A program made the position numbers and the translations under genes. From an uncultured Aliarcobacter sp. (lineage in GTDB: Bacteria > Campylobacterota > Campylobacteria > Campylobacterales > Arcobacteraceae), in NCBI GenBank assembly GCA_963677435.1, contig OY781945.1, positions 2,560,001-2,624,000 on the forward strand: a DNA stretch of 64,000 nt. Reading direction: 5' to 3'. Shown in pieces: positions 41,191 through 51,503 of the stretch. The notes beneath the pieces were generated by a model. It saw nothing but the letters and a program-made list of their open reading frames with translations, was not told the DNA's origin and did no database searches. Position 1 is the stretch's first letter. Each line of letters starts with the position of its first letter.

Positions 41191-41925
41191 ATGCCAAATC
41201 AATTAAAATCTTTATCTAAAGGTTTAAAAGTTTATAGGTTTATCATAGATTTTGGTAAACCTATTTTGGCAGTTACTTTGTGTGAGAAATTACAAATTGA
41301 TAAAAGCACAATGTCACGACTTTTAAAAACTCTAAAAGATGAAGATTTTATCTCATACTTAGAAAACTCAAATGAAATAATTGCAAATGATATTTCAAAT
41401 AAAACAAATCAAGCTACAAAAATTGAACTACTTATTAAATCAACAAGAGTTTTACTTGAAGAGATTTCAAAACAAACAAATGAATGTGCATATTTAGGTA
41501 TTTTTGATGATTATAAAGTTTCATATATAAACCAAATTGATTTATCAAACCAAAAATTAAAAACAAGAAATAATATTGGTATTCAAGTAAATCTTCATAC
41601 TAGTGCTTTGGGAAAATCAATGTTAGCTTTTGGAAATTATGATTTAGAAAAAATCAAATTTAATCAATTTACAAATAACACTATAACAGATATTAAAACA
41701 CTAAAAAATGAGATAAACCAAGTAAAAAACAAAGGTTATTCAGTGGATAATAAAGAGTATCAAGATGGAATGTGTTGTGTGGCAGTTCCACTTTTTAATA
41801 AAGAAAATATTTTGATTGGTTCAGTTGGGATTTCAGGAAATTCTGCAAGATTAAAAGCTAATAAACTGGATGAAATAGGAGAAACTATATCAAATATAGT
41901 TTCAAAGTATTCCATAGTTTATTAA
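41191..41925 (+). CDS. IclR family transcriptional regulator
   Basis: HTH DKSTMSRLLKTL, HTSALGK, GYSVD..E...CVAVP. Confidence 0.93.
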   Translation: MPNQLKSLSKGLKVYRFIIDFGKPILAVTLCEKLQIDKSTMSRLLKTLKDEDFISYLENSNEIIANDISNKTNQATKIELLIKSTRVLLEEISKQTNECAYLGIFDDYKVSYINQIDLSNQKLKTRNNIGIQVNLHTSALGKSMLAFGNYDLEKIKFNQFTNNTITDIKTLKNEINQVKNKGYSVDNKEYQDGMCCVAVPLFNKENILIGSVGISGNSARLKANKLDEIGETISNIVSKYSIVY

Positions 41926-41943
41926 ACTTTTTTATTTAAATTT

Positions 41944-42732
41944 TTACTCTTCAACTAATTCTAAAATAGCATTAACAGAAGCATTTGTCATATCTAAATC
42001 TAAATGAGGAGCATCTTTTGCTTCAACAAGTCTTACATCTAAACCTTTTTCTTTTGCTAATTTATAAAAATCTATTGTTAACTTAGGTGGAGAAATTTCA
42101 TCAGCTGTACCATAAACCAGTGCAAATTTTGTTTTTTTATCCACATTATTTAAAACATCACTTATTGATATTAAATCTTTAGCATCTGTTTTTTCATGGA
42201 TATTATAAACTCCACCTGCACAAAGAATATTATTTATAAGTTCAGGTCTAATTCCTGTTAATGTTGCACCCATCATACATCCAGCACTGTGTCCTATGTA
42301 TGTAACAGTTGAAGCATCATATCTATCTTTTAAAGCTTTTACTAATTCACCTAAAAATTCAACATACTCTTTTTTCGCAGCTAAATTTTCAACTCCATCA
42401 TGAGATAAAGAAGTGAATTTATTTGTTGAACTTCCAGAATATCCAGGAAGTGCAACAGCTATTGTTGTAACATCTGTTCTAATTGCTAAATCTTCTGCAA
42501 AAGAAGCATATCGTGCAAGTGTATCAGTTCCCTCTTTCCATGTTCCATGAACTATAATATTAATTGAACCTTCTACTTCGCCTTTGAACTTTTTATATTT
42601 TATGCACTCATTTCCTGCAAATATAAAATTTTCACCTTTTTTTGTGCATTCTGATTCTGATATTTTTGCTGCATTTAATGATAAATTAAATGCAAAAATT
42701 ACGCTTGTTAAAATTAAAATCTTTTTAAACAT
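41944..42732 (-). CDS. Secreted alpha/beta hydrolase
   Basis: HG, PGY, GHSAG nucleophile elbow, GTADEI, APH. Confidence 0.85.
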   Translation of the reverse strand: MFKKILILTSVIFAFNLSLNAAKISESECTKKGENFIFAGNECIKYKKFKGEVEGSINIIVHGTWKEGTDTLARYASFAEDLAIRTDVTTIAVALPGYSGSSTNKFTSLSHDGVENLAAKKEYVEFLGELVKALKDRYDASTVTYIGHSAGCMMGATLTGIRPELINNILCAGGVYNIHEKTDAKDLISISDVLNNVDKKTKFALVYGTADEISPPKLTIDFYKLAKEKGLDVRLVEAKDAPHLDLDMTNASVNAILELVEE

Positions 42733-42749
42733 TTTTTATCCTTTCTATT

Positions 42750-43187
42750 TTAATATGGTGTAATGCCGACATATCCAATCATTTGTCGCTCAATTACTTC
42801 TACAATTCCAGCTTGAACAAATTCAACGCCATCAATAAAATCATCATCTTTCCAGTTCATTGTTTCCATTGTATTTCTACATCCTACAAATTCAACATCA
42901 TATTCCATCAGGGATTTAATTCGTGCAAGTGTATTTTTGTCATAATCTTTTTTAATTGCTCTCATACCTTTTCCATAAAGAACAACTGCAACTTTTAAAG
43001 TATCACTTGGATACTCTTTTAAAATATTGTAAATTGAACCAATAGTATGATTAACTACATCTAAATCATCATTATGCAAATTTATTACTAATTTTCTAGG
43101 GTTTTCAAAAGTTGGTTGAGGATCATTAAACTTTGATTGTGCATAAGAACAAATTGTTAATAAAACAATAAGTATAATTTTTTTCAT
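42750..43187 (-). CDS. DsrE/DsrF-like periplasmic protein
   Basis: VVLYGKG, FVGCRNTM, VQAGIVE. Confidence 0.85.
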   Translation of the reverse strand: MKKIILIVLLTICSYAQSKFNDPQPTFENPRKLVINLHNDDLDVVNHTIGSIYNILKEYPSDTLKVAVVLYGKGMRAIKKDYDKNTLARIKSLMEYDVEFVGCRNTMETMNWKDDDFIDGVEFVQAGIVEVIERQMIGYVGITPY

Positions 43188-43192
43188 CTATG

Positions 43193-43651
43193 TTATCCTT
43201 TTATTTCTACTATCATATCTTTTGATATGATACCATTTTTTAAGATTTTACAATAAAGTCCCCTATGATTTTTTAGTAAATTAGGTAATTCTTCACCAAA
43301 AGTACTAAGATGATTACAAACGGTACAAACTTGAGTAATCTGAATAATTGATGTTCCTATTATTATCTCTTGATTTACACTTAAATCATGTGGATCAAAA
43401 TCTAATAAAATATTTTCACCTAAACTTCCATACTCTAATTTTATACCATTTTGCAATGCTATTTCATAAGACTCAAGTCCTACTATCATAACTGTTTGCT
43501 CTAGTTTTTTGCCAGCAAACTTATCATTTTCAATTCCGAAACCCTCAATTAAATTTAGAGATGCAACTTGTGGTCTAGGAAGTCCACTTGACTCTTTTGT
43601 GGCGCTAAAAGTTTTTAAAACTTTTCCTAGAATTTTTATATTATCTTGCAT
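43193..43651 (-). CDS. MOSC domain protein
   Basis: GIENDKF, GSLGENI, CTVC, RGLY. Confidence 0.88.
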   Translation of the reverse strand: MQDNIKILGKVLKTFSATKESSGLPRPQVASLNLIEGFGIENDKFAGKKLEQTVMIVGLESYEIALQNGIKLEYGSLGENILLDFDPHDLSVNQEIIIGTSIIQITQVCTVCNHLSTFGEELPNLLKNHRGLYCKILKNGIISKDMIVEIKG

Positions 43652-43652
43652 A

Positions 43653-44441
43653 TTATTTTAAATTCTCTTTCAAAATTTCTAAAAAATCACTTTTCACCCA
43701 AGCGCCAGGATATTGTTTAAGATAAGTTCCCTCTTTTGAAACAACAAAAAAAGTTGGCGTTATTTGTTTATATACTTTTTTTAGATCAAAAGGTAAAGCC
43801 ATTTCATCTACATCAATTTTTATAAATAAATAGTTTTTATTTATTTGAGTTTGAACCTCATCTAAACTTAGAACCTCTTTATTCATTGTTTTACAATAAT
43901 GACAAGTTTTTGAATTTGCATAAACCATGATAAGTTTATTTTCTTTTTTTGCTTTATCTAAAATTTCAGATTCATTTATACTTGCTAAAGTATTTACAGA
44001 AGTATCTTTTATTGCTAAATATTTTTTATATTCCATAAAAAATATCGCTAGATTATTGTATTCATCATCACTTAATTTCATACTTTTTTTAACATCATAA
44101 TATTTTAAAATATGTTCATCACAAATAGAATTAAATCTATCAGGCTTTTCTAAATATGTTTTTAAAAAGTTTTGAATCTCTATTTCTTGCATTTCAGGAT
44201 CAGTTTCATCACCAATTTTTTTTGAACTATCCATAATTTCATAAGCTAACATATTAACAGTTGGTGCTTTTAGGTTTAAAAGTTTGTTCTTTTTTTCAAA
44301 AAAATTCTCTTTTAAAGTATTAATATCTATATAATTTTCATGGCAAGAAGAACATTTATTTTGGAAAATTTCTTTTCCTTCTTTATAATCTGCAATTAAA
44401 TTCACGAAAAGAAATAACATTATTAGTAAAATCTTTATCAA
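43653..44441 (-). CDS. Cytochrome c - thioredoxin (SoxW-like) fusion protein
   Basis: Signal peptide, CSSCH haem motif, C-terminal thioredoxin fold with CHYC and ITPTF. Confidence 0.8.
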   Translation of the reverse strand: MIKILLIMLFLFVNLIADYKEGKEIFQNKCSSCHENYIDINTLKENFFEKKNKLLNLKAPTVNMLAYEIMDSSKKIGDETDPEMQEIEIQNFLKTYLEKPDRFNSICDEHILKYYDVKKSMKLSDDEYNNLAIFFMEYKKYLAIKDTSVNTLASINESEILDKAKKENKLIMVYANSKTCHYCKTMNKEVLSLDEVQTQINKNYLFIKIDVDEMALPFDLKKVYKQITPTFFVVSKEGTYLKQYPGAWVKSDFLEILKENLK

Positions 44442-44533
44442 ATTAAAATCCTTTTTTCAACTTAATAAATATTTATAAAAAAAGATTTACTAAATAGAAA
44501 AAGTATAAAGAGAAAAACTCTTTATACTTAAAA

Positions 44534-46300
44534 TCAAACAATTCCAGGATTGCCTTTTACTCCAATAATATCAGGAGTATCTACTTTTATATTACTAATA
44601 TGTTTTACATTTTTTAAATATGTCTCAACTGTTTCCCAAATAGGTTCACCCTCAGATTGAGCACCAACAGTTGACCAACCTGCTACTTTATAAGATTTTT
44701 TTGCATCAAGTTTTTGACCTGTTTTTGTAAGAACAATATCAGATATTCTTTCACCCATTTTTGCTTTTGGATTAATTTTATATGAAATTCCACCTGTTCT
44801 TACCATATCTCCACCTTGTTGATAATATGGATCTTCATTAAATAAGTTATCAGCAACATCTTCTAAAATAGCTTTAATATCTGTTCCTGTTATATCTCTT
44901 GCATATGTTTCTGGATATGTCATTGCTGTTTGAGTCATTAAATCATCAAAAGTAATTGCTTGTCCTGGCATTACAGAAGTTCCCCATCTAAATCCTGGAC
45001 TTAGTGAAATTTGTGCTTCTTTCACTTCTAAAAGTGCATCACAAATAATTTGATCCCAAGAACCATTAAAGTTTCCTCTTCTAAATAGTGTTGTGTCAGT
45101 TGTTGCAATTTCTCTTGTTAAATCCTTAAGGAATGGAAGTCTTACATCTTCAATGTATTTTTTCATCTCTTTATTTTCAGGAATTAAATCTGAGAAAATT
45201 GGTAAAAGTGTAAATTTAAAGTCTTTAATTTTTCCATTTTGAATATCTAAATCTAGAACATTTAAGAATTTACCATTACTTCCTGCATTACAAACATAAG
45301 TTGTACCCTCAGCATTTTTAACAGGAACAGCTTCTGGAACACCATCATGAGTATGTCCACCCATAATAAAGTCAATTCCAGTACAAACTTCTGCCATTTT
45401 TTTATCAGTATCAAAACCATTGTGAGAAAGAACTATAATGGCATCTGGTTTTTCTTCTTCTTTGATTTTGTTTACAATCTCTTGCATATTGTCATCTTTA
45501 ATCCCAAAAGTCCAATCAGGAATAAATCTTTGAGGATTTGCAATTGTTGTATATGGGAATGCTTGACCGATTATTGCAACTCTTGCATTGCCCATTTGCT
45601 TAATTGTATATGGTTTAAAAGCTAATCCACTATCTTCATCATAAGCTTCAACACCATCCATCAAAGAAGTTTCTTTAACAAAAATATTTTGAGCTAAAAA
45701 TTCTGCATTTAATGCTTTTACATTTTCTAAAACTTCTTCTGCTTTATATGTAAATTCCCAATGTCCAACAGCTACATCAACACCTAGTAAATTCATAGCA
45801 CCAACCATATCTTTACCTCTTGTCCAAAGAGCTGTTGCTGTTCCTTGCCAAGTATCTCCTCCATCTAATAAAAGAGTTTTTTCTTTTCCATAACTATCTC
45901 TTAGAAAATCAACTACTGTTTTTATTTGAGGAAATCCACCAACTTTTCCCATCACTTTTGCATGTTCTTCAAAATTTACACATGAGTAAGCATATTCAAG
46001 TCTTTTATTACCTTTAATTCCATAATAATCAAGTAACTTCTCACCTACAATATGTGGTGGCTTACCAAAATTACTAAAAAATCCTAAGTTAACACTAGGC
46101 TCTCTAAAATATACAGGTAATAGTTGAGCATGACAATCTGTCATATGTAAAAATCTTGCATTACCAAATGGTTTTAATTTATAATAATCTTCTAATTTGT
46201 TTGTAATATCTGTCATTCTTGTATGAGAATTAGCAAATACAGGAGCAGCACCAAGTACAGCCATCATATAAACAAACTCTCTTCTACTTAATTTACTCAT
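44534..46300 (-). CDS. soxB: Thiosulfohydrolase SoxB
   Basis: Tat SRREF; TDCHAQL, DGGDTWQG, GHWEF, GGHTHD, YYQQGGDMVR. Confidence 0.97.
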   Translation of the reverse strand: MSKLSRREFVYMMAVLGAAPVFANSHTRMTDITNKLEDYYKLKPFGNARFLHMTDCHAQLLPVYFREPSVNLGFFSNFGKPPHIVGEKLLDYYGIKGNKRLEYAYSCVNFEEHAKVMGKVGGFPQIKTVVDFLRDSYGKEKTLLLDGGDTWQGTATALWTRGKDMVGAMNLLGVDVAVGHWEFTYKAEEVLENVKALNAEFLAQNIFVKETSLMDGVEAYDEDSGLAFKPYTIKQMGNARVAIIGQAFPYTTIANPQRFIPDWTFGIKDDNMQEIVNKIKEEEKPDAIIVLSHNGFDTDKKMAEVCTGIDFIMGGHTHDGVPEAVPVKNAEGTTYVCNAGSNGKFLNVLDLDIQNGKIKDFKFTLLPIFSDLIPENKEMKKYIEDVRLPFLKDLTREIATTDTTLFRRGNFNGSWDQIICDALLEVKEAQISLSPGFRWGTSVMPGQAITFDDLMTQTAMTYPETYARDITGTDIKAILEDVADNLFNEDPYYQQGGDMVRTGGISYKINPKAKMGERISDIVLTKTGQKLDAKKSYKVAGWSTVGAQSEGEPIWETVETYLKNVKHISNIKVDTPDIIGVKGNPGIV

Positions 46301-46420
46301 TTTTTATACCTTATATCAGTTTAAAAATACTATATTTTTATAGTATTTTTGAATTTATGAGAATAAAAAAAGCCAAGAGTAAAAAATCTTGACTTTTTTA
46401 AACCTATTAATATTTATTTA

Positions 46421-46852
46421 TTAATATTTATAACCATCACTTGGACTTGCAAGTTTCCAAGTAGTTTTTGCTTCTTCTTCTTGAGTTAAAGCACTTATTG
46501 CAAAAGAACAAGCTCGCCATGCACCAAATTCAATAGTTTCTTCACCAGTTTTTTTCTTTTTATCATCAACTATATCAATAGTTTTAGCAGCTGATTTTAA
46601 TGCAGCATCAACAGCTTCAATATATTGACTAGCTTTCATTCCAAGTCTCATAAATTCAACTTTATGTTTTACTGCTATTTCATTATATTTTGCAGCTGTA
46701 GCTAATACTTTTTCAACGCCATTTGCTTCAACATTACACTCTTTTTTAACATCTAATTTAGATATATCAGAAGCTGATGCGTTAACTAATCCATAAGTTA
46801 ATAATGCTGTTACAGTTGCGAATTTTAAAATTGTTTTGTTCATAATATTCAC
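46421..46852 (-). CDS. Secreted hypothetical protein between soxA and soxB
   Basis: Sec signal, two Cys, co-oriented within the sox operon. Confidence 0.75.
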   Translation of the reverse strand: MNIMNKTILKFATVTALLTYGLVNASASDISKLDVKKECNVEANGVEKVLATAAKYNEIAVKHKVEFMRLGMKASQYIEAVDAALKSAAKTIDIVDDKKKKTGEETIEFGAWRACSFAISALTQEEEAKTTWKLASPSDGYKY

Positions 46853-46857
46853 CTTTA

Positions 46858-47772
46858 TTATTTTCTTATATCTGGACCATCAATAGCCATACCATTTGAT
46901 ATATACGCCATGAAATAGATAAGTTCTTTCATTTCAGTACTTTCATCTTTTGGTGGAACTTGTCCTTGATCAACGATACATCCTGATAATCTTCTTTCAA
47001 TAGTTCCTAAACTATCCCATTTTAATCTATAAACAGGGAATTGTGTAATTTGTCCTACAAGTGGAGAAAGTTTTTCATTTCTAACTCTTTGCCCAGCACC
47101 TTGAATATGGCAAGTTGCACATGACATTTTTAAATATCCTCTTTGAGTATAGTAATACTCTTTTCCTGCTTCATAAGCTTTTTTAGCTGCTTCACTTTGA
47201 ATTTTAATATCAAATTTTTTACCAGCTTCTGTTGTTGCATTTACTAAATATGCTTGAAGATTTGCAATATCACCTTTTTTTGTATCCCACTCTTTTTCAC
47301 CATTATCTCTTAGACAATCATTAACAGCAGAAGTTAAAGTAACAACATCTTTTTTCTTTTCATCAAAATATGGATACATATTTGTAACAGCAGGATCAGG
47401 GAAACAAGTTGCAAATGATTTACCATTAGCAAATTTTTTGTTATATAAAGCTTCTCCTGTTTCAATATCTGACTCATAAGGAGGCATCTCTTTAATTGCT
47501 TCATATTGAGATTTTGCATCTTTTGAATATGAATATGTTCCAATATTAAAATCATCATGTTTTAGATTTTTTTCATAATCATTTTTTAACTCTGAATCAG
47601 TTGCATATGGAAAAAATTTATCTTTATTTTTTTCAGGATCTTGAAACTTTGCTTCAAAATATTTTACGGCTTCAATTCTATCTTTTTCTGCTTTTGCATT
47701 GAAATCAGTTGCATTTAAAGCACATACTGTTAATGCTAAAAATGCTGTTGATTTTACAATTTTTGATAACAT
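46858..47772 (-). CDS. soxA: SoxA c-type cytochrome (monohaem)
   Basis: RGYLKMSCATCH, FPVYRLKW, RRLSGC; first haem site degenerate (FATCF). Confidence 0.95.
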   Translation of the reverse strand: MLSKIVKSTAFLALTVCALNATDFNAKAEKDRIEAVKYFEAKFQDPEKNKDKFFPYATDSELKNDYEKNLKHDDFNIGTYSYSKDAKSQYEAIKEMPPYESDIETGEALYNKKFANGKSFATCFPDPAVTNMYPYFDEKKKDVVTLTSAVNDCLRDNGEKEWDTKKGDIANLQAYLVNATTEAGKKFDIKIQSEAAKKAYEAGKEYYYTQRGYLKMSCATCHIQGAGQRVRNEKLSPLVGQITQFPVYRLKWDSLGTIERRLSGCIVDQGQVPPKDESTEMKELIYFMAYISNGMAIDGPDIRK

Positions 47773-47809
47773 CGTATCTCCTTTTTATTAAATTACTAAA
47801 ATTTAGTAA

Positions 47810-48115
47810 CTATTTGATTTTTTCAGTACTAACATCTGTAGTACCTTTTAAATCTTTCCAAGTAATCTCAACATCATCACCAACTGCTCCACCTTTAAAT
47901 GAAAATTTTATATAAGGGTCTTTTGATAAAAATTGACTTGTTGACGCTTCATAAACAATTTTTCCACCAACTTTTGCCACTATATAAGTAATAAAGTTAG
48001 CTTCTTTTTTTGCTCTTTCTGCTTCTTGGTAACTTAACATTGGATGTGTTGCTAATGCTTTTACTTCAACTATTCCATTTTTTAATTTTGCTTTTATTTT
48101 TGTTGAATCTGCCAT
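47810..48115 (-). CDS. soxZ: Sulfur carrier subunit SoxZ
   Basis: HPM, SKDPYIKF, WKDLKG. Confidence 0.95.
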   Translation of the reverse strand: MADSTKIKAKLKNGIVEVKALATHPMLSYQEAERAKKEANFITYIVAKVGGKIVYEASTSQFLSKDPYIKFSFKGGAVGDDVEITWKDLKGTTDVSTEKIK

Positions 48116-48171
48116 TTGTATTCCTTTAGTTTTTATTTATATTTATAGTTAATTGATTAGTTGAACAAAAA

Positions 48172-48624
48172 TCAACCACCACATCCACCAATAGTTACTT
48201 TTACTAATTTAGATGCTGAATATAATTTTCCATCAGCTTCTGCAATAACTGTTACCGTTCCTGTTTTTGCTAATTTAATTCTAATTGCATAATCAATTAC
48301 TGCATTTTCAGGAATTGTAAACACTGCAACTGCACTTTCAGGATTTGCATCTTGGAAAACAGCAATTTTTGTAGCTTTTAAATCTGTTTCAAAAGAAACA
48401 GGAATTACAGCACCATTTTCAGCAATATCAGGAGCATTTAATTTAATACTTCCTTCAGTTGTATCTGTTGTTCCAAAAAGTTCTTTTACAGCCTCATCAA
48501 CTTTTTTTGCAGTCCAAGCATTTGGCTTAGTTTCTCTAAAATCAACAGCACTTAATTTACCAGGAATTACAGCTACTGCCATAGCTCCTAATCCTAATCC
48601 TAAAAAATTTCTTCTATTTATCAT
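48172..48624 (-). CDS. soxY: Sulfur carrier subunit SoxY
   Basis: Tat RRNFL, APDIAENGAVIP, C-terminal VKVTIGGCGG. Confidence 0.98.
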   Translation of the reverse strand: MINRRNFLGLGLGAMAVAVIPGKLSAVDFRETKPNAWTAKKVDEAVKELFGTTDTTEGSIKLNAPDIAENGAVIPVSFETDLKATKIAVFQDANPESAVAVFTIPENAVIDYAIRIKLAKTGTVTVIAEADGKLYSASKLVKVTIGGCGG

Positions 48625-48639
48625 TTTTTTTCCTTATTA

Positions 48640-48993
48640 TTAATTTATTGTTTTTAAATAAGCAACTACTGCTTTAATCTCAGAATCACTTAACCAACCA
48701 TTTTTACCAAATGCTGGCATAGCAGAGATTGGATTTGTTGTATAAGGATTATAAATTTTTTCATATAAAGCTTCTTCTGGCCAAACTGATAAATTTTGTA
48801 AAACAGGTCCCATACTTCCTGGACCATCTATCTTTTTACCATTTACAGCATGACATGCTAAACAGTTACCCATTTTATTGCTATTAAAGATTTTTTCACC
48901 TTGTGCTACTAAATCAGAATCAGCTGCAAAACCACTAACTGCCATTAATCCACTAATCGCAGATGCAGTTAATAACCTTTTAATTACATTCAT
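48640..48993 (-). CDS. soxX: SoxX c-type cytochrome
   Basis: GNCLACH, GSMGP, SAMPAFG. Confidence 0.95.
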   Translation of the reverse strand: MNVIKRLLTASAISGLMAVSGFAADSDLVAQGEKIFNSNKMGNCLACHAVNGKKIDGPGSMGPVLQNLSVWPEEALYEKIYNPYTTNPISAMPAFGKNGWLSDSEIKAVVAYLKTIN

Positions 48994-49006
48994 AAGCTCT
49001 CCTTTG

Positions 49007-50200
49007 TTATTTGCTAGAATTAATCATATAATTGATTACTTCTTTCATTTGCTCATCAGTTAAATCCATATTGCCACCTTTAGGAGGCATACTATTTATA
49101 CCATTTATTGCATTATTATATACTTTATCAATCCCTTTTTCAACTACCTTAGCCCAAGCCTCTTTATTACCTAAAACAGGAGCTCCAATAGCTGGATTAC
49201 CATGACAACTAACACAAGTTGTTTCGTAAATAGTTTGTCCTGCACTAATAGCTTGTGTATTTTCAACTTTTGGTAAATCTCTCACTGTTGAAAGTGCTTG
49301 ATTTGAGTTAACTGATAAATCTGTATTTATTTTAAGAAGTAAATTATTTACATCTTCTTTAATACAATCTTTCATACATTTTGTTCCTGTTCCATATATT
49401 TTTGGATCAGAAAGTAATGCAGTCATATTTTTAACACCATCTTTTGGGTCTTTTGTATCAACCTCAGGATAGAATCCATCTTCATTTGGCATTTTGATTT
49501 TTAAAAACTTTTCTTTATCTAAAACATACTCATCTTCAAGTTCTTCACCATCAATTTTAATATTATTTATAGATAATAAATAAGCCGTTAGAGCATAAGT
49601 TTCACTATTACTTAAACTTTTTGGATGAGGGAAAGGCATTGAGTCTTGCACATACCAAAAAATTGTAGTCGCATATGGCCAATATGAACCTATTGTTCTT
49701 ATTGCAGTATCTGGATTTGGATGCTCATCAGCTGGATTTAATCTTTGAATTTTCAGGGATGCCTTTGAACCACCAGCAAGTCTTGGATAACCTTTTCCAC
49801 CTGTTCCAAAATCCCCATGACACATTACACATTGAGAATCATAAAGATCAGCACCTTCTTCAACTGAACCCTGTGCTTTTTTTGGTTTACCATTTTCATC
49901 TAAGACAACTTCACCATTTTTCATGTCAAATTCTGGTAAATCTTTACCATCAGGTTTTATATCAACATTCCAAGCAGAGATTTCTCTTTTTGTTGGTGTT
50001 CTTCCAATATTATAATCTTTTACATCTTGTGTATTTACATAATATGAAGAGTATTTTCCATCTTTAATAGGATACTTAACTGCACCATCAACTGAACTTT
50101 CATTTTTAGTTGATGCAAAGGCAGAAGTTGCTAATAAAGTTGATAAACTTACACTAAGAAAAATATTCTTAAGCTTTTTTGTGTTTTCTAATTTGAACAT
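49007..50200 (-). CDS. soxD: SoxD dihaem cytochrome c
   Basis: CVMCHG, TIGSYWPYA, MPF; second c5-like domain CVSCH...MPPKGG. Confidence 0.93.
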   Translation of the reverse strand: MFKLENTKKLKNIFLSVSLSTLLATSAFASTKNESSVDGAVKYPIKDGKYSSYYVNTQDVKDYNIGRTPTKREISAWNVDIKPDGKDLPEFDMKNGEVVLDENGKPKKAQGSVEEGADLYDSQCVMCHGDFGTGGKGYPRLAGGSKASLKIQRLNPADEHPNPDTAIRTIGSYWPYATTIFWYVQDSMPFPHPKSLSNSETYALTAYLLSINNIKIDGEELEDEYVLDKEKFLKIKMPNEDGFYPEVDTKDPKDGVKNMTALLSDPKIYGTGTKCMKDCIKEDVNNLLLKINTDLSVNSNQALSTVRDLPKVENTQAISAGQTIYETTCVSCHGNPAIGAPVLGNKEAWAKVVEKGIDKVYNNAINGINSMPPKGGNMDLTDEQMKEVINYMINSSK

Positions 50201-51503
50201 TATTGCACTCTCCTTTGCTAGTTATTTCCCAAGTTACAATTGCATTTCTATGATAAACAGATTCAACACCAACAGCTGATGTTTCTTGATCAATCGTTGG
50301 TTGGATATTTCCAAAATCATCATAAGATCTACTTGACAATAATACTTCTTTACCATCCCATTTATACATATAAGAGAATCTTGTCCAAGATTTTGGTAAT
50401 ACTAAACCTTTTAGTTTAGCTTCAACCCAATTATCTCCACCGTCAAATGAAATATCAACACCTTTGATTGTTCCATGTCCAGACCAAGCAAGTCCTTCAA
50501 TTTCTACTGTTTCACCTTTTTTCAAATGTGTCCATGGTTTTTCAGGACATGGACTTGTAATTACAGAATTAACTTCATTAACCCAGAAATATCTGATTGC
50601 TTTTCCAGATTTTTGTAACATTGTATATTTTGATGTCTCTTCTTTTGAATGCCATGGTTTATCTGAAAATTCTAATCTTCTTAACCATTTAGTATTAAGA
50701 TTTCCTTCCCATCCTGGAACTATTAGTCTAACTGGATAACCTTGTTCAGGTCTTAATGCTTCACCATTTTGTCCCCAAACAACCATAACATCATCTAAAG
50801 CTTTTTCAACTGGAATACTTCTTGGATTTGAAGCATTATCACTTCCTTCTGCTAACATCCAAACTGCATCTTTTTCAAGACCCAAATCATCTAAAATAGT
50901 TTTTAGCATTACTCCTGTCCATTGAGCAGCACTCATAAGACCTTTCATAAATTGTAAACTATTAAATTGTGGACCTCTCCATTCAGGGCTTCCATTTGCA
51001 GGGCACTCAATGAAGTAAATTCTTGATTCACTTGGATATTTTTTTAAATCTTCTAAAGTTAAAACAATCTCTTTTTTAACTTTTCCATGAATCATTAATC
51101 TCCACTCATTTGGATCTACTTGAGCAGTTCCACCATGATCTCTTGTAAAAAAGAGTCCATTTGGTGTAATAATTCCTTCAGATTCATGAATTGGACACAT
51201 CGATACAGATGCATACGCATCTCCTGATGAGAATAAATCATGAGTTCTTCTAATATTATTATGCTCATATGGTGATGGTATTCCGTATAAATTCTTATCT
51301 ACAGGATCTCCTAACTTTGTACCCCAAGGAACTTCATTTATAATTGCCGCTTCATCTGCTTTAGCAGATACTGGCGATAAAATTGATGCAGCACTTAAGG
51401 CACTAGCTGAGTAAATAGCTGTTTTTTTGAAAAAATCTCTTCTACTTGTTACTTCAACAGTATTAGATTTAACATCATTTTGTAAAACTTTGCTGTTTTT
51501 CAA
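50169..51503 (-). CDS. soxC: Sulfane dehydrogenase molybdoprotein SoxC
   Basis: Tat SRRDFF, GIITPNGL, FIECPAN, QNGEALRPEQGYP. Confidence 0.96.
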   Translation of the reverse strand: MKNSKVLQNDVKSNTVEVTSRRDFFKKTAIYSASALSAASILSPVSAKADEAAIINEVPWGTKLGDPVDKNLYGIPSPYEHNNIRRTHDLFSSGDAYASVSMCPIHESEGIITPNGLFFTRDHGGTAQVDPNEWRLMIHGKVKKEIVLTLEDLKKYPSESRIYFIECPANGSPEWRGPQFNSLQFMKGLMSAAQWTGVMLKTILDDLGLEKDAVWMLAEGSDNASNPRSIPVEKALDDVMVVWGQNGEALRPEQGYPVRLIVPGWEGNLNTKWLRRLEFSDKPWHSKEETSKYTMLQKSGKAIRYFWVNEVNSVITSPCPEKPWTHLKKGETVEIEGLAWSGHGTIKGVDISFDGGDNWVEAKLKGLVLPKSWTRFSYMYKWDGKEVLLSSRSYDDFGNIQPTIDQETSAVGVESVYHRNAIVTWEITSKGECNNVQIRKHKKA

